Part shown: in pieces, positions 13,657 to 25,422 of the stretch | Position numbering within the stretch: position 1 is the stretch's first letter | Layout: each line of letters starts with the position of its first letter | Assembly: GCA_030324005.1 (NCBI GenBank) | Contig: JARDVH010000001.1 | Span: 104,652,488 to 104,716,487, forward strand | Length of the DNA: 64,000 nucleotides | Direction of reading: 5' to 3' | DNA from: Negaprion brevirostris | Lineage: Eukaryota | The notes under the pieces: model-generated | Seen by the model: only the letters and a program-made list of their open reading frames with translations | What the model was told of the DNA's origin: nothing | The model's database searches: none | Position numbers and translations under genes: made by a program

Positions 13657-13935
13657 CTGCCTCACAGCACCAGGGACCTGGGTTTGATTCTCACTTTAGG
13701 TAACTGTTTGTGTGGAGTCTACACATTCTCCCCATGTCTGTGTGGGTTTCCTTTTGAGTGCTCTGGTTTCCTCCCACAGTCCAAAAGACGTGTCGGTTAG
13801 ATTCATTGGTCACGCTAAATTCTCCCTCAGTATACCCGGACAGGTGTTGGAGTGTGGCTACAAGGGGATTTTCGCAGTAACTTCATTGCAGTGTTAATGT
13901 AACCCTACTTGTGACACTAGTAAATAAACTTTGAA
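13657..13935 (+). mobile_element. V-SINE (HE1-like head, non-CR1 tail)
   Basis: gcctcacagcaccagggacctgggtttgattc B-box; V-domain gtgggtttcc..gtgctctggtttcctcccacagtccaaaagac; tail ttcattgcagtgttaatgtaa..ctacttgtgacactagtaaataaac. Confidence 0.85.
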
Positions 13936-15001
13936 ACTTTTCAACAAAGTTTTCAAAGTTTTGTTCATGGTTCTCCATCTCTAAATCACAAAGTGCCAGC
14001 TCAGGTTTTCTGACCTGGGTTCCCTTCCTACCCCTGTCTCTGCTTCATTTTTAGCCACATAAATCTTCGACCTGCTCTTCTTGAACACAGAAACCTTCTC
14101 CTAAGGTTTTACCCCTGTAAACGCGTTCTTTGAACTTTACCTCTTCGACAATGCTTAAATTCTCCGATAACCATGTTGGATCGCGTGTTTGCCTATGTGA
14201 AGAAATTAGTGACATTTAATTATGTCAATCGGGTTAAATAAGCGCACCATTGTGGAAAATGCTCGGTTGAAGTGTAAAGTAAACGTACATGCATTGTGCA
14301 GATCATGACTAAGTGTGGGGCGAGTGGTGGCGCTGTGAGTAGTTTCATACCTTCCAGAAAGCAGGATTTGGAAGTGATTTACACATTTTTGTTAGCTTGG
14401 GGTCGCTGTTTGGCTATTTTTGGAGCTTTTGTTACTCGTATCGCTCATCTGCGGAAGGTGCTTGGTGCTGATAGGAATGTTGCGGGGCGTTTCTTTGAAA
14501 ACCGAGTGTGCTTTAGATATTTTTGTGTTTCTGCTACGTAATAATTCGCCATTGGAAATAGAAGTAATAAGGCATCTGGCGTTGAGATAAAAAAATGAAG
14601 ATATAAAATCGCTTTTGCAATTGTGTTTTCTTACTATGTTAAGCGTTTAAAACAAGGTTTTCATTCACACACATATATATATTGTACAATTATATAAATA
14701 GCAAGTAAGTAGCTGAGGAAAACGGAAAGTTTGAAGTGAGCAGAGGCTGTACACGTTAAACCGAACAGGTGTGGTCTGCTTTGAAAGTAACATCATGCAA
14801 TCATCAATTTGTATACTCAGTCCAAGTTGGGCCAAAGGGACCACTTAACTGCTAATGTTACACTGACTATCGCCAAATCTCACAGCTCCAAACCCTTCAT
14901 CGAAAATAATTTCCCACTTTTACTATGTTTGAAACTCTCAGTCATATGGGTCACATTACTTACTGTTCATAACACAGAGCAATTCATTACCTATTGTTGT
15001 T

Positions 15002-15270
15002 TCATAGAATCTAACAGTGCAGAAGGAAGGCATTCGGCCAATCGAGTCTGCACCGACCACAATCCCACCCACGCCCTAACCCCATAACCCCAATTTAGAA
15101 TGACCAACCTACCTAACACCCACATCTTTGGACTGTGGGAGGAAACCAGAGGACCCAGAGAAAATCCTAGCAGATACTGGGAGAATGTGCAAACTCCACA
15201 CACTGACACAAACCGAGAATCGGACCCAGGTCCCTGGGGCTGTGAGGTAGCAGTGCTAACCACTGTGCCA
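15002..15270 (-). mobile_element. HE1-like V-SINE with CR1 (HER1)-type tail
   Basis: tRNA-like head tggcacagtggttagcactgctacctcacag, V-domain, and tail gcagactcgattggccgaatgccttccttctgcactgttagattctatg. Confidence 0.85.
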
Positions 15271-15679
15271 TTGTTTGTTACTCTGAAACTTCTATTGCTG
15301 TAAGTTTTGAAGCTTGTGAACATGCCATATTTGATCATTTGATGATATCAATGGATGTTTGAAAAAGGGAACTTCTGGCTCGACTCTCAGAATGAACAAA
15401 AGACAAGGTACAGTTAGTATGCACTGCAATGGGAATTAGTTATGTATTACTATTGTTGTTATTTCATTATGCTTGCATATTCAAAATATCAGAATCCTTA
15501 TTGTTATCTCTCTGTTCACCAGTAAACAGTTGAAGACACACCACACATTGGTGTGTCTTTAACTGCTGTGGAATTCTGAATTAGGAATTTCAGTTCACCT
15601 GTTTAGATGCATGAGGGAATTTGATATCGATGAAACTCCCATTTTCTCTTACTTATTTGGACATCACCAAAAAGACTAG

Positions 15680-16020
15680 CATTTATTGCACATTCCTCAT
15701 TGGCCTTGAGAAGGTGGTGGTGAGCTGCCGCCGTGAACAGCTGCAGTCCATGTCGTGTAGATATAGCCACTGCGCTGTTAGGCAGGGAGTTCTAGCATTT
15801 TGACCAAGTGACAGTGAAGGAACAATGATATATTTCCAAGTCAGCATGGTGTGTGGTGGGGCAGTTGGTGGTCCCGTTTGTCTGCTGTCACTGTGGTCTA
15901 AGAAGGTTTGGCCAGTTGCTTCAGTGCACCTTATAGATGGTATATATTGTGCGCAATGGTGGAGGGAGTGAATGTTTAGAGCGATGTACTGTGTGCCGAT
16001 CAAGCTGGCTGCTTTGGCTA
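15680..16020 (-). mobile_element. 3' fragment of a CR1/L2-superfamily (Crack-like) LINE
   Basis: LIGT...NIHSLHH.AQ...IYK-like peptide. The same tail family recurs at 48.8, 50-52, 53.9 and 55.2 kb. Confidence 0.7.
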
Positions 16021-16454
16021 ACTATGTTAATTATTCATGAGAGGTAAGTAAAATGGTAGGTGACTGCATATCTGGAGTAAACTTGACTGAGAGTGTCAGA
16101 ACTCACCACATTCTGGTATTTTATACAACCAGAAGAGAGAGAGATACTTCCACGTCCATCTGTTTGAGATACATTTGAATCAGGTCACAAAAATGTAGAG
16201 TTGTTTCTTGTCTTCTGTCAGACAGTACGGTGCTGGCATTATCATTTTATATTTTCCACGTTGTCCTTTCTTTCATTTGAAATTTCTGTCGTAAAGAGCA
16301 ATGGCTTGGGCTTAATTCCTAATGGTAACAAGCAACAGGTGGTGTGACAACAACATGTGACTCGCACAAAAAGTGACAACTTTATTAGCAACATATATTT
16401 TTATTAAGACAATTTATCTTCTATAAAATGTGCATTAAGTACTTGAGCTGCTAT

Positions 16455-17130
16455 CTTTTAATTTGATTTATCATTGTCACGTGTTAGTATATAGTAAAAA
16501 GTATTGTTTCTCGCATGCTATACGGACAAAGCATACCGTATACAGAGAAGGAGAGTGCAGAATGTAGTGTTATAGGCATAGATGTAGAGCAAGATCAGCT
16601 TAATACAAAATAGGTCTATTCTAAAGTCTGATGGCAGAAAGAGGGAAGAAACTGTTTTTGAGTTTGTGGGCATGTGTCCTCAGACTTTTGTTTCTTTTTG
16701 TTGACAGGAGAAGGTAGAAGACAGTGTGTCCGGGGTGCGTGGGGTCATTGGTCATGCTGGCTACTTTTTTGGGGCAGCAGGAACTGTAGACAGTCAATGG
16801 ATGGGAGGCTGGTTTGCATGATAGGCTGGGCTTCGTTCACAAGCCNNNNNNNNNNNNNNNNNNNNNNNNNNNNNNNNNGACCCATACCAAGCTGTGATAT
16901 AACCAGAAAGAATGCTTTCTATGATGCATCTGTAAAAGCTAGTGAGAATCGTAGTAGACATGCCAAGTTTCCTTAGCCTTCTGAGAAAGTAGAGGCATTG
17001 GTCGGATTTCTTAACAATGGCGTCGGCATGAAGGGACCAGGACAGGTTGTTGTTAATCTGGACGTCTAGAAACTTGAAGCTGTCGACCATTTCCACTTCG
17101 TCCTCGTTGATTTAGACAGGAGTATGTGAG
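16455..17130 (-). mobile_element. Rex1/Babar LINE 3' fragment
   Basis: EMVDSFKFLDVQINNNLSWSLHADAIVKK..QCLYFLRRLRK...FYRCIIESIL.GYITAWYG. A matching tail fragment lies at 19815-19930. Confidence 0.85.
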
Positions 17131-17589
17131 TGAACTTAATAAATCACTTGTTTATAAAGGCCATACATGCCTCTTAGCAGTAAATAGTAATGTACACTAG
17201 CAGCTGCATTTGAAGATTAGTCACTCCAAAGAATCTATAAGCCAGTCTGCTGGGTAAGTTTTACAAACAGGTCACATATTGAACAAGGGCAATGCAATTA
17301 AGGACAGACTTTGAGTGTAATATAGCAGCACATCATCTGCTAACACTGCATAAGGCAGTGTTACTCTACATAAATATTTACCAAAGGGAGGGTAAAATTC
17401 TGATGTCTATGTTTAAAGAAAGTGATAAAATAGGAATAAAGCTGACGTGGTACTAAAAACACAACCAAAATAAAATAGTGGCTGTTTAAATCAAGACCAC
17501 GTGTGAACATTCCCGTCGTGTCGAGTACTTGGTGACGTTTTATTAATTTGAAGAAGTATTTCTTGCTATAAACAGTTAAGCTCCTTTCG

Positions 17590-17920
17590 GATGAGGTTTC
17601 CTTGCGCAAATTGAATTGGTTCTTCTGCCCATTCGGTGGTTACAATTATTGTTTAGAGATACGTGTAGGATAATTAACCTCTCTGACGAATTTTCCTTTA
17701 TTGGCTTTCCATTTTACGCTGCTAGCATGCCCCCTAATCCTGTTGCTCATATTGAGAACCAATTGCTGATTGATATTCGCTTTAAGAAGCGGCCTGTGGG
17801 GCATGAGGGGTAGGGGGAGAGGAGAGAGTTCTGCTGTTCCCGGGATCTTGCAGACTGGATAAGGATCGCTTTTTAACGGTGTTATTGTGCAGGTGCTACG
17901 ACTGCGACGTGCATTCCTAT
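17590..17920. promoter_or_regulatory. Candidate conserved non-coding element downstream of PRDM8
   Basis: Unique, CpG-retaining sequence with several CCAAT/ATTGG, TAATTA and TAATCC motifs. Confidence 0.35.
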
Positions 17921-19814
17921 TTTTGGTAATTGTGAAGATTTATTTAAAAAGAAACAACTGTCACCTTTCATAACGTACCTGTAATAGAAGTAGAGACAGG
18001 GGCAAATCAGCAACAGGTTGGACCAACATCTAGAACAAGAGAGGACAAATTAAACTTTGAAATCGGCAGATCTGTCTTTGTGAATATTTACACCACAAGC
18101 GTTCTTGGAGGCAAACCAGCTTTGTTTCTCATCAGTGCTCCGGTTACATAGGCAACCTGAGTCCAAGGCTCACCTTGATGATGCACATCTAATTTAACTG
18201 GCTTCACAGTCAGATCAGATCTTTGCAGATGAGTTTTCACTCCAGGGGGCCAGATGTTTCTGTTATTCTCATCGACATAAAGCTCGTGGCTTGTGTTTTG
18301 TGTACAGAAAGAGAGGATGGGTTCCATTATGGATACGTAGTCTTACATACTTAATTTCTCTTTCTGAATCTAATTGTGGTTGTAGTTTTGTCACAAAACG
18401 TAGAGTTAAGCTGTGAGTTAATGGCTACGCAAATATGAACAATTAATTCCTTCGTCAAAAGTGCAATGGCCAAACTATTTGCATTTACCGTAGAGTACAC
18501 AGCCAATGGTAACTCGTAACTTTGCTGCACCTACGGCGTCCACGGGCAATAGTTTGAGATGTTTAAACCTACTTTTAAAGTCATACGCTACAGGTGCGCA
18601 GGTAAATTATATGTGATATTCGTTCCTGAAATGCAATTTCAGAAAGATATTTTACTAATATCTCAATTCGCTTTCAATTTCCCTTAAAATGCGCAAAGTA
18701 ATTCCCTCGTTGTACCCCTGTACAGCAGCTCATCTCTCGATTTGCAGAACACTAGAAATAGTAAAATGCATCACTAAAGCGCTAGATTAACAGTGACAAC
18801 TATGGAAACCAATGAATTGAAGTACAGAAGTATAGATAAGGATGATTACAAGGCAACAAATCGGTCTTGGAATTCACTGCAGAAGCCAAGCTATTGTGCC
18901 ACTATGCATTATGTGGATAACTGAACTCGGTCCCTGGATATGTAACTGTTCCAATATTTTTGCATCCATATTATGATGAATGATTCAGTTTTATTCCAGT
19001 TCTTGAGTCTAGCTCCCCCCTCCCCCCAAAAAAGAAAACTCATAAATTAAGTGCAGTAAAATGTACACTGGGTATTGAATGTCTTTAAGCGTAATATGAT
19101 TTTAATTTTCACTAGAGTGCTATAAATCATTCATGATTTAATTACAGAAATGATGATACACACTATACATTATTCACAATCTTTAAGAGTCTATTTGGAC
19201 CTCGTTTTATGTTCCAGCTTAGTAAAATATTATCTGTATTACTTGCCTCCTGCTTGACTGGGATATTACCTGTTCTGTTTACGGGATAAGTTTGCATAAA
19301 CCCGTCTCCCAAACGTTCAAAAGTGCAAATGCTTAGAATTAGGAGTGGAAAACTTTAGCTGTCCAAAATGTCGCATGCGGTTTACAAGCACAACGTCTAA
19401 CTGAAGTTGGGAGTGGGGCGTGGGGGGTCAGGGGCAACTCTCCCACATTCACCCTTCCAGGACTCTGGATCTGGTCTGGGAATTCCGATTTCCATTTCAA
19501 TTTAACACCAGCAGCCAGATGAAATTGCCGTACTCAGAAGCTGAATTTGCGATATAAAGACGTGACATCTATGTCTAATGTACATTCCAAGTTGTGATAT
19601 TCCTGTTACACTTCAGCAGAAATGACGAAGGAACTATTTCAAACTGAATTCCAGCAAATGTGTACATTCCGAAATACACCTCTGATATAAGCAGCATCTT
19701 GCCCATTGATTTCTGAGGCAGAGGTAGAAGGACTTAATGCTCATGAAGTGTATAGACAGGGTGTTTAGCAGTGCAATAGAAAACCTCATTTATTGAATAT
19801 TTCTAACATACTGA

Positions 19815-19930
19815 TTTATTGACTTGATTTATTATTGCCACATGTATTAGTATACAGTGAGAAGTATTGTTTCTTGCGCGCTGTATAGACAAAGCATACC
19901 GTTCGTAGAGAAGGAAAAGAGGGGATGCAG
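19815..19930 (-). mobile_element. Rex1/Babar 3' tail fragment
   Basis: Near-copy of 16460-16560 (gtattgtttc.tgcg..gct.ta..gacaaagcataccgt). Confidence 0.7.
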
Positions 19931-20972
19931 AGGTTGGTGCACATTTGTCCTGTGTTTCCCTTCGATCATTTGTCAACTTGAATTCGCGACGAACGTTCTG
20001 AGTTGGACAGGAATGGATAATACATAAATAGCTTAGAATTGGCGCGAAAACATTGACACATAAGATAATAACCAAGTATACAAAACACTTATAAATTCCC
20101 ACCTTTAAGATTCAATGGGATGCGTTGTTAATTAGTCTATGGAAGAGAAATGTTTCTATACTGCGCTAAAGTGTCACCCGGGACTACTGACAACCAATCC
20201 AGTGGTGTGATCTGCAGTGCGCTTGCTAGATTTATTAGCCGAGAGGAGTGGTGATGGGTGGACAGTGGTGCAACAGCAACTGAAGTTTTGAAATGTTTAC
20301 TTTGGGTCGATATGACGCTAGCAATCCAAACATTATAACAAAGGGCCATATAAATGCGGCTAGAGAAGGATGAACAATTGGACGCGCCATGGGTACAGAG
20401 GGCGCATTCACACTATAACTGTGATACCCATGCTTCATAGCGCAAACGCAACCTGAGCCTAGTATCAGGATGGGACTTAAAACCTCAATCACGTGGACTG
20501 AATCCTGAACCTGGCTGTCCCACTCGGCTTCACTTCGGAATTACAATGGAGCCAATGGCCCTGATCTATGTTCCAGGTTCAGCCCAGAACCTTTTGGATT
20601 TTGCTCTCAAGCATGGGGAACATGAATGCACCCTGAAATCACCCCTGGAAATCACAGGATAATATGCATAGAGCGCCTCCGTCGGTCTGCAAAATTGCCG
20701 TTCTTTTTCTATATCTAACAAATCCATTTTCACTTCTTTGTAATAGGCAACCTTGGCAACAGCCTATTCCCCACTTTCCTTGTTTTGCTCAGTAATAGGA
20801 CAATCTAGCCTGCCTATTCTCCAATCCGGAGGAACAACATTAATGACCCATGTTGCATTTACAGACATAGCCTTGTTATGTACTTAAAGATGGTTTATTA
20901 TATATATATTAGTTTCAGATTGTCAAGCATTTAGAGGTTAAATCTATAATTACACTCTTCCGACCATTGCCA

Positions 20973-21213
20973 GCGGCATTGGTGGCACACTGCCACCTCA
21001 CAGTGCCAGGGATCTGGGTTCAATTCTGAGATTGGGTCACTGTCTGTGCTGAGTCTGCACGTTCTTCCCGCGTCTGTGTGGGTTTTCTCCAGGTGCCATG
21101 TTAAATTCTCCCTCAGTGTACCCGAACAGGCATCGGAATATGGTGACTTGGGGGTTTTTCACAATAACTTCATTGCAGTTGATGTAAGCCTACTTGTGAC
21201 ACTAATAAATAAA
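20973..21213 (+). mobile_element. V-SINE (internally deleted)
   Basis: Same head, V-domain and tail as 13657-13935. Confidence 0.85.
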
Positions 21214-22334
21214 CTGCAACGTATTAAAAACTCGAAATTCAAGCAACTGAGGTAACTAATAGAATGAAACAGTACGCAGTAAATAGTTTGATCAAAGAAG
21301 GATTTTCAATAGCAGAAACGAAAAATTGACAAAGACCAATAAAGGTGGAAAGTATATTTAGGCTCGAGTTCGTAAAGTGACTGGTTTGGTTTGCTATATG
21401 GACCATAGGTCTTCCTCTTGAACTAACTAAAGCCATTTTTTATATACCATGCACTGCCCATTTCAAGTGCGGAGCAAATTTGTTAACCTCTTGATGTCAT
21501 TTTCATTCTACAGTGTATCAAAGGCTGGCATATATCATTGGCATCAACTGTACGTTACTGTATTTTCAGTAGGGTCATTCCGCCCAGGTCCCACCTTTTT
21601 TGCTCTCGTATTCAGTTAATTGTACACACGTAGTCAACCTTTGGACATAGCGGGAGTTGAACCGCTGACCTTGGCTTTCTCAACTATACTTCTCGTTCTG
21701 CCTGCATCACCCCCGTCTTCCATTTAATCCAATTAATTAAAGGCCTACTTTAATGAATCGCATTCTGAATGGGACCTATGAGTTTCAGGGGACTGATTGG
21801 TAAAGGTCAGTTTACTTGTGACTGCTAACATTTAGCAATGGGCATTAATCCTTGGTTAGTCCTGAAACAGGCTTGTAAAAGTGATTTTTTTTTTTAAAAG
21901 GTGTTCATCTTTTTTGAAAGAAAATCAATCAGATCAGTCGCTAGTTTTTGATTTTCTGCTCTGAAGTGGTCTTGAAGCTCGATTTGAAAAGACATTCGGT
22001 AATTGTGCTGTAGGCTGCACTTTTGTGTTTGTATAACTTTACTCTAGTTCTTTATATGAAGACAATCGGGAATATCACAACACTTATTTACATTTGCAAA
22101 TCTCAGTTCTTTCTTTTAAAAAAATGAAAACGGAAGATTCCACGGATAGAAACTATGCAAGTTAGTTAGTACGACCACCATTTCACGATTCTATAATTCT
22201 AAGGGCGGCTTTTCGGCCCTTTGTGTCAATGCAAACTTCTGCATTTCTTTCTCTCTTTGCAGATAATTGTGGGAACTTTTTTTTTAGGTTAAAATGATTT
22301 TAGCAGCGAATTTAAATAATTACATAGACACATA

Positions 22335-22916
22335 CATTTGGTCAAGTAAAAATAAAGCTATTTATTGTCGAAGCCAGCCAAAATGACCAGATAAACTATC
22401 AAGATTCGTAAATTTCGCCAAGAGTGTGAAACACAATAACTATTGAGACTTCATTTCACGGGCCCAAAATAGAACATTTGANNNNNNNNNNNNNNNNNNN
22501 NNNNNNNNNNNNNNNNNNNNNNNNNNNNNNNNNNNNNNNNNNNNNNNNNNNNNNNNNNNNNNNNNNNNNNNNNNNNNNNNNNNNNNNNNNNNNNNNNNNN
22601 NNNNNNNNNNNNNNNNNNNNNNNNNNNNNNNNNNNNNNNNNNNNNNNNNNNNNNNNNNNNNNNNNNNNNNNNNNNNNNNNNNNNNNNNNNNNNNNNNNNN
22701 NNNNNNNNNNNNNNNNNNNNATAATATCATATACTCCTTTTCCAAGCTATCTTAAGTGCCTGACGCATTTAAAGTAAAATAAAGCTGTGACAAAATGCAT
22801 TTGTGTATTATGGTTTGTGGCAATTACAAAATGGCCAATGTAAAGTGATATTGTGTGCATCACAACGGCCCCTTCACCTAGTTTGTTGGCATTACAATCT
22901 GTCATACAGTTCGAGT
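22335..22916 (-). other. PRDM8: Probable PRDM8 3'UTR with poly(A) signal at 22366-22361
   Basis: Minus-strand AATAAA (plus tttatt 22361-22366) is followed by a U-rich tract and GU-rich atgtatgtgtctatgt. Part of the UTR is an N gap (22482-22720). Confidence 0.55.
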
Positions 22917-24175
22917 TCAGTTATGAGAAGTCATGTGCCGGGAAAGATGGTGGCGTTCTCTAAAGGATTCATTGCAAATGGGACATTTAAGCTTCTCCTC
23001 TCTTCGCCTTTTCACCAGAGGCTCCATGGCATACTCCTTTTTGTGGTGCGATCTCATGTGGTACACTAAATCGGAGGTCATCCTGAAAGAAGCGTTGCAT
23101 TTGGCACACCAGTTCTGCGCTGGTAAACAAAAGGACGTGAACGAGGGAGGAAGAAGGGTCAGTGCGGATGGGACTTGAAGCTGAATGGGCCCAGACGCCT
23201 TTGGCCAGAAGGCGGTGGCATATACGAAAGGGCTCTGTTTAGCCAGACCCCCTTGCACGTTACAATTGCCGTTAACATCTGCGCTCTGGAGCTTTGCTGC
23301 TAAGGCATTGGCTTGATAAAGCCTCCCAGGTTCACCGACACCAGGATGACAATCTAAGCCCGGAATGACTTTTTGCGACACCAGCAGTGGAGATAGCTGA
23401 GTGAAGGATCTGGCTGGCTGGGAAAATGCACTCTTCCTTTCCTCAGTGCCACACAGCTGAGAGACGCTCCTGAACGCACTGCCCATGGCAATGTTGTCCA
23501 GACAAGAGGGGACTTGTGTTTCAGTCAGAACAGACTTGATGTCAATCGGCTTCTCGGAAGAGCTGCTGTCAGCTGCTGCACCATTCTTGTTGTCTATGTC
23601 GGAAACGTGGTCCTTTGGAGTCTGTTTGAGATTAAGTGAAGTTCGTTTCACTTCGAAGAAGGCGCTTCGCTTAACATCTGTAGATTCTGGACTAGATGAT
23701 CCCATTAGCCTTCCATTCTCTCTCAGATTGAAATAACCTCCCCTGAACTGTTGGGAAGGGCAAAGGAGATTTTCCCTTGGTATAGCCAGTGATCTATCTG
23801 CAAGTTTTGCAGCGTGCAATATATTGTCATTCTTTTCCGCTTCCTCGTACTTCCTTTTATTTTCATTTATACTTTCAGTCCCTCGACGATTCCTAACATT
23901 TTCTCTCTGATTTTCCATATCCCTGGCGAGATTGTGGAAATCTGTAGTGGCTTTATTATTTTCTACATTAGCAAAGGCTGATTGTCGCTCCGATCGGCTG
24001 AATTTAACACTTGACCCGACAGGAATTTGATGGTCACGGTCTCCGCTGATCTTTACGTTCTCATCCGAGGCAATGCAGCCCAGTCTCTTCTGACAGCGGA
24101 ATCGCAAATGGGCTAGAAAGGGGTATTCATACTGGAATCGCTGGCTGCAGTCCAGGCATGTGTATGGCGAAGATC
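22917..24175 (-). CDS. PRDM8: PRDM8 coding exon 3 (atypical C2HC-like finger, linker, two C-terminal C2H2 fingers, TGA stop)
   Basis: Acceptor cacacAG|GA completes a phase-1 Gly. Contains YTCLDCSQRFQYEYPFLAHLRFRC and C-terminal QNWCAKCNASFRMTSDLVYHMRSHH...LKCPICNESFRERHHLSRHMTSHN*, diagnostic of PRDM8. Spliced CDS is 222+232+1259=1713 nt, 570 aa. Confidence 0.96.
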
Positions 24176-24384
24176 CTGTGTGAATGGAGCACATTAAGAT
24201 GAGATTACACACTCCTACAATTCAATCTTCTTCAAAGATTTAACAATCAACAAAAAAAGTTAAAATCACAAGTTTTAAATGTAGAACACATTTCAGTTAC
24301 GCGATGAATAGTTCATTGACATTATAATAATTGCACTGACCTGCTTCTCTCCCCTTAGATAACCCATTGATACTATCTCAATTA

Positions 24385-24495
24385 TAAACGTTAACAGTTT
24401 CTCTCTCCACAGATGCTGCCTGACCTGCTGAGTATTTTCAGTATTTTATGTTTTGTTTTCGCATTTCCAGCATCTGCAGTACTTTGCTTTTATTT
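24385..24495 (+). mobile_element. Penelope-like terminal fragment in PRDM8 intron
   Basis: aaacgttaac..tttctctctccacagatgctgcctgacctgctgagtatttt...ccagcatctgcagtactttgctttt. Confidence 0.7.
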
Positions 24496-24617
24496 TCCCC
24501 GTGTAACCCTTTATCTACTTTGATTCTGCGTGTACTTTCGGCCATACAAAACTAGTTCCTCCATTCTCCTGTCCAGCTGTCTCCATTTCCTTTTGCCTGT
24601 CCATGTCCTCATGCCAT

Positions 24618-24905
24618 TCATCCATCTATCCATCCATCTACTCACTCCCAACCTACCGACCCATTTTTTCATTTCTTACTACCGACCCATCGACTCACTC
24701 CCAACCTACCGACCCATCTAGTCACTCCCAACCTATTGCCCCATTTACTCATTTCCTATCTACCGACCCATCTAGTCACTCCCAACCTATTGCCCATTTA
24801 TTCATTTCCTACCTACCGATCCATCTACTCATTTCTTACCTACCTACGGATCCACCTACTCACTATCTATCTACCTATCTATCCATCCATCTATCTACCT
24901 ACCTT
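24618..24905 (+). repeat. Imperfect ~27-bp minisatellite grading into (TCTA/CCTA)n, in PRDM8 intron
   Basis: Recurring units ccatctactcactcccaacctaccgac and ccatttactcatttcctatctaccgac. Confidence 0.8.
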
Positions 24906-25190
24906 TCCTTCTTTCTAAGTTGTTTGAACCGTCTCTACAATCGGTTCTGATGCATGTATTTACCTTCTTTGTTAATTTAACAATATTTTTAAAAATCTGA
25001 AGAAAATTTACATTATTTGTCCACAAGAAACTCCAAAGAGCAGAAATTTGCTTGTGGAATATTAAACAGTACATTTTTATCCGCTACCTATTTTACGGAT
25101 AGCTTGCACTGTGTATCTCAATGTGTGTTTTTTAATGTGGAGGGAGATGCATTGCAGTTGCAATATGGGACTTCATGCATCGCAACTCAC

Positions 25191-25422
25191 CATTCATTTT
25201 GGCCTGTGACTTGACGTTGTTGAGAAGTAGCAGCTCCAACAGTTCTTTTCCATACCATACAAGTAATTCTTCGTCTTTGTCAATGCGCCTCAGAGACCGG
25301 TAAAACAACTGGCCGTTTTTCACGTAGGCCTCCAGATTCTGTTCCTCTTTATCTCTGGCCGACTGGACAAGTCTGAGCCACATCAAACCCTCGGAGGAGC
25401 TGTTCGCTGCTGAGGTATCCAC
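25191..25422 (-). CDS. PRDM8: PRDM8 coding exon 2 (rest of PR/SET domain; 232 nt)
   Basis: VDTSAANSSSEGLMWLRLVQSARDKEEQNLEAYVKNGQLFYRSLRRIDKDEELLVWYGKELLELLLL contains the PR-domain ELLVWY motif. Acceptor cactgcAG|GTG (phase 0); donor AATG|GTGAGT (phase 1). Confidence 0.96.

Noticed and set aside
14318-14337. CTCF-like ggtggcgctg
   Set aside because: The 5' half of the motif, including the core AG, does not match. Too weak without a PWM scan.
24176-24212. N-terminal extensions of the ORF-track PRDM8 ORFs (also 26594-26656, and read-through at 25132-25190 and 26228-26371)
   Set aside because: They lie outside the canonical splice sites or upstream of the ATG, and PRDM8 similarity stops at the exon boundaries.
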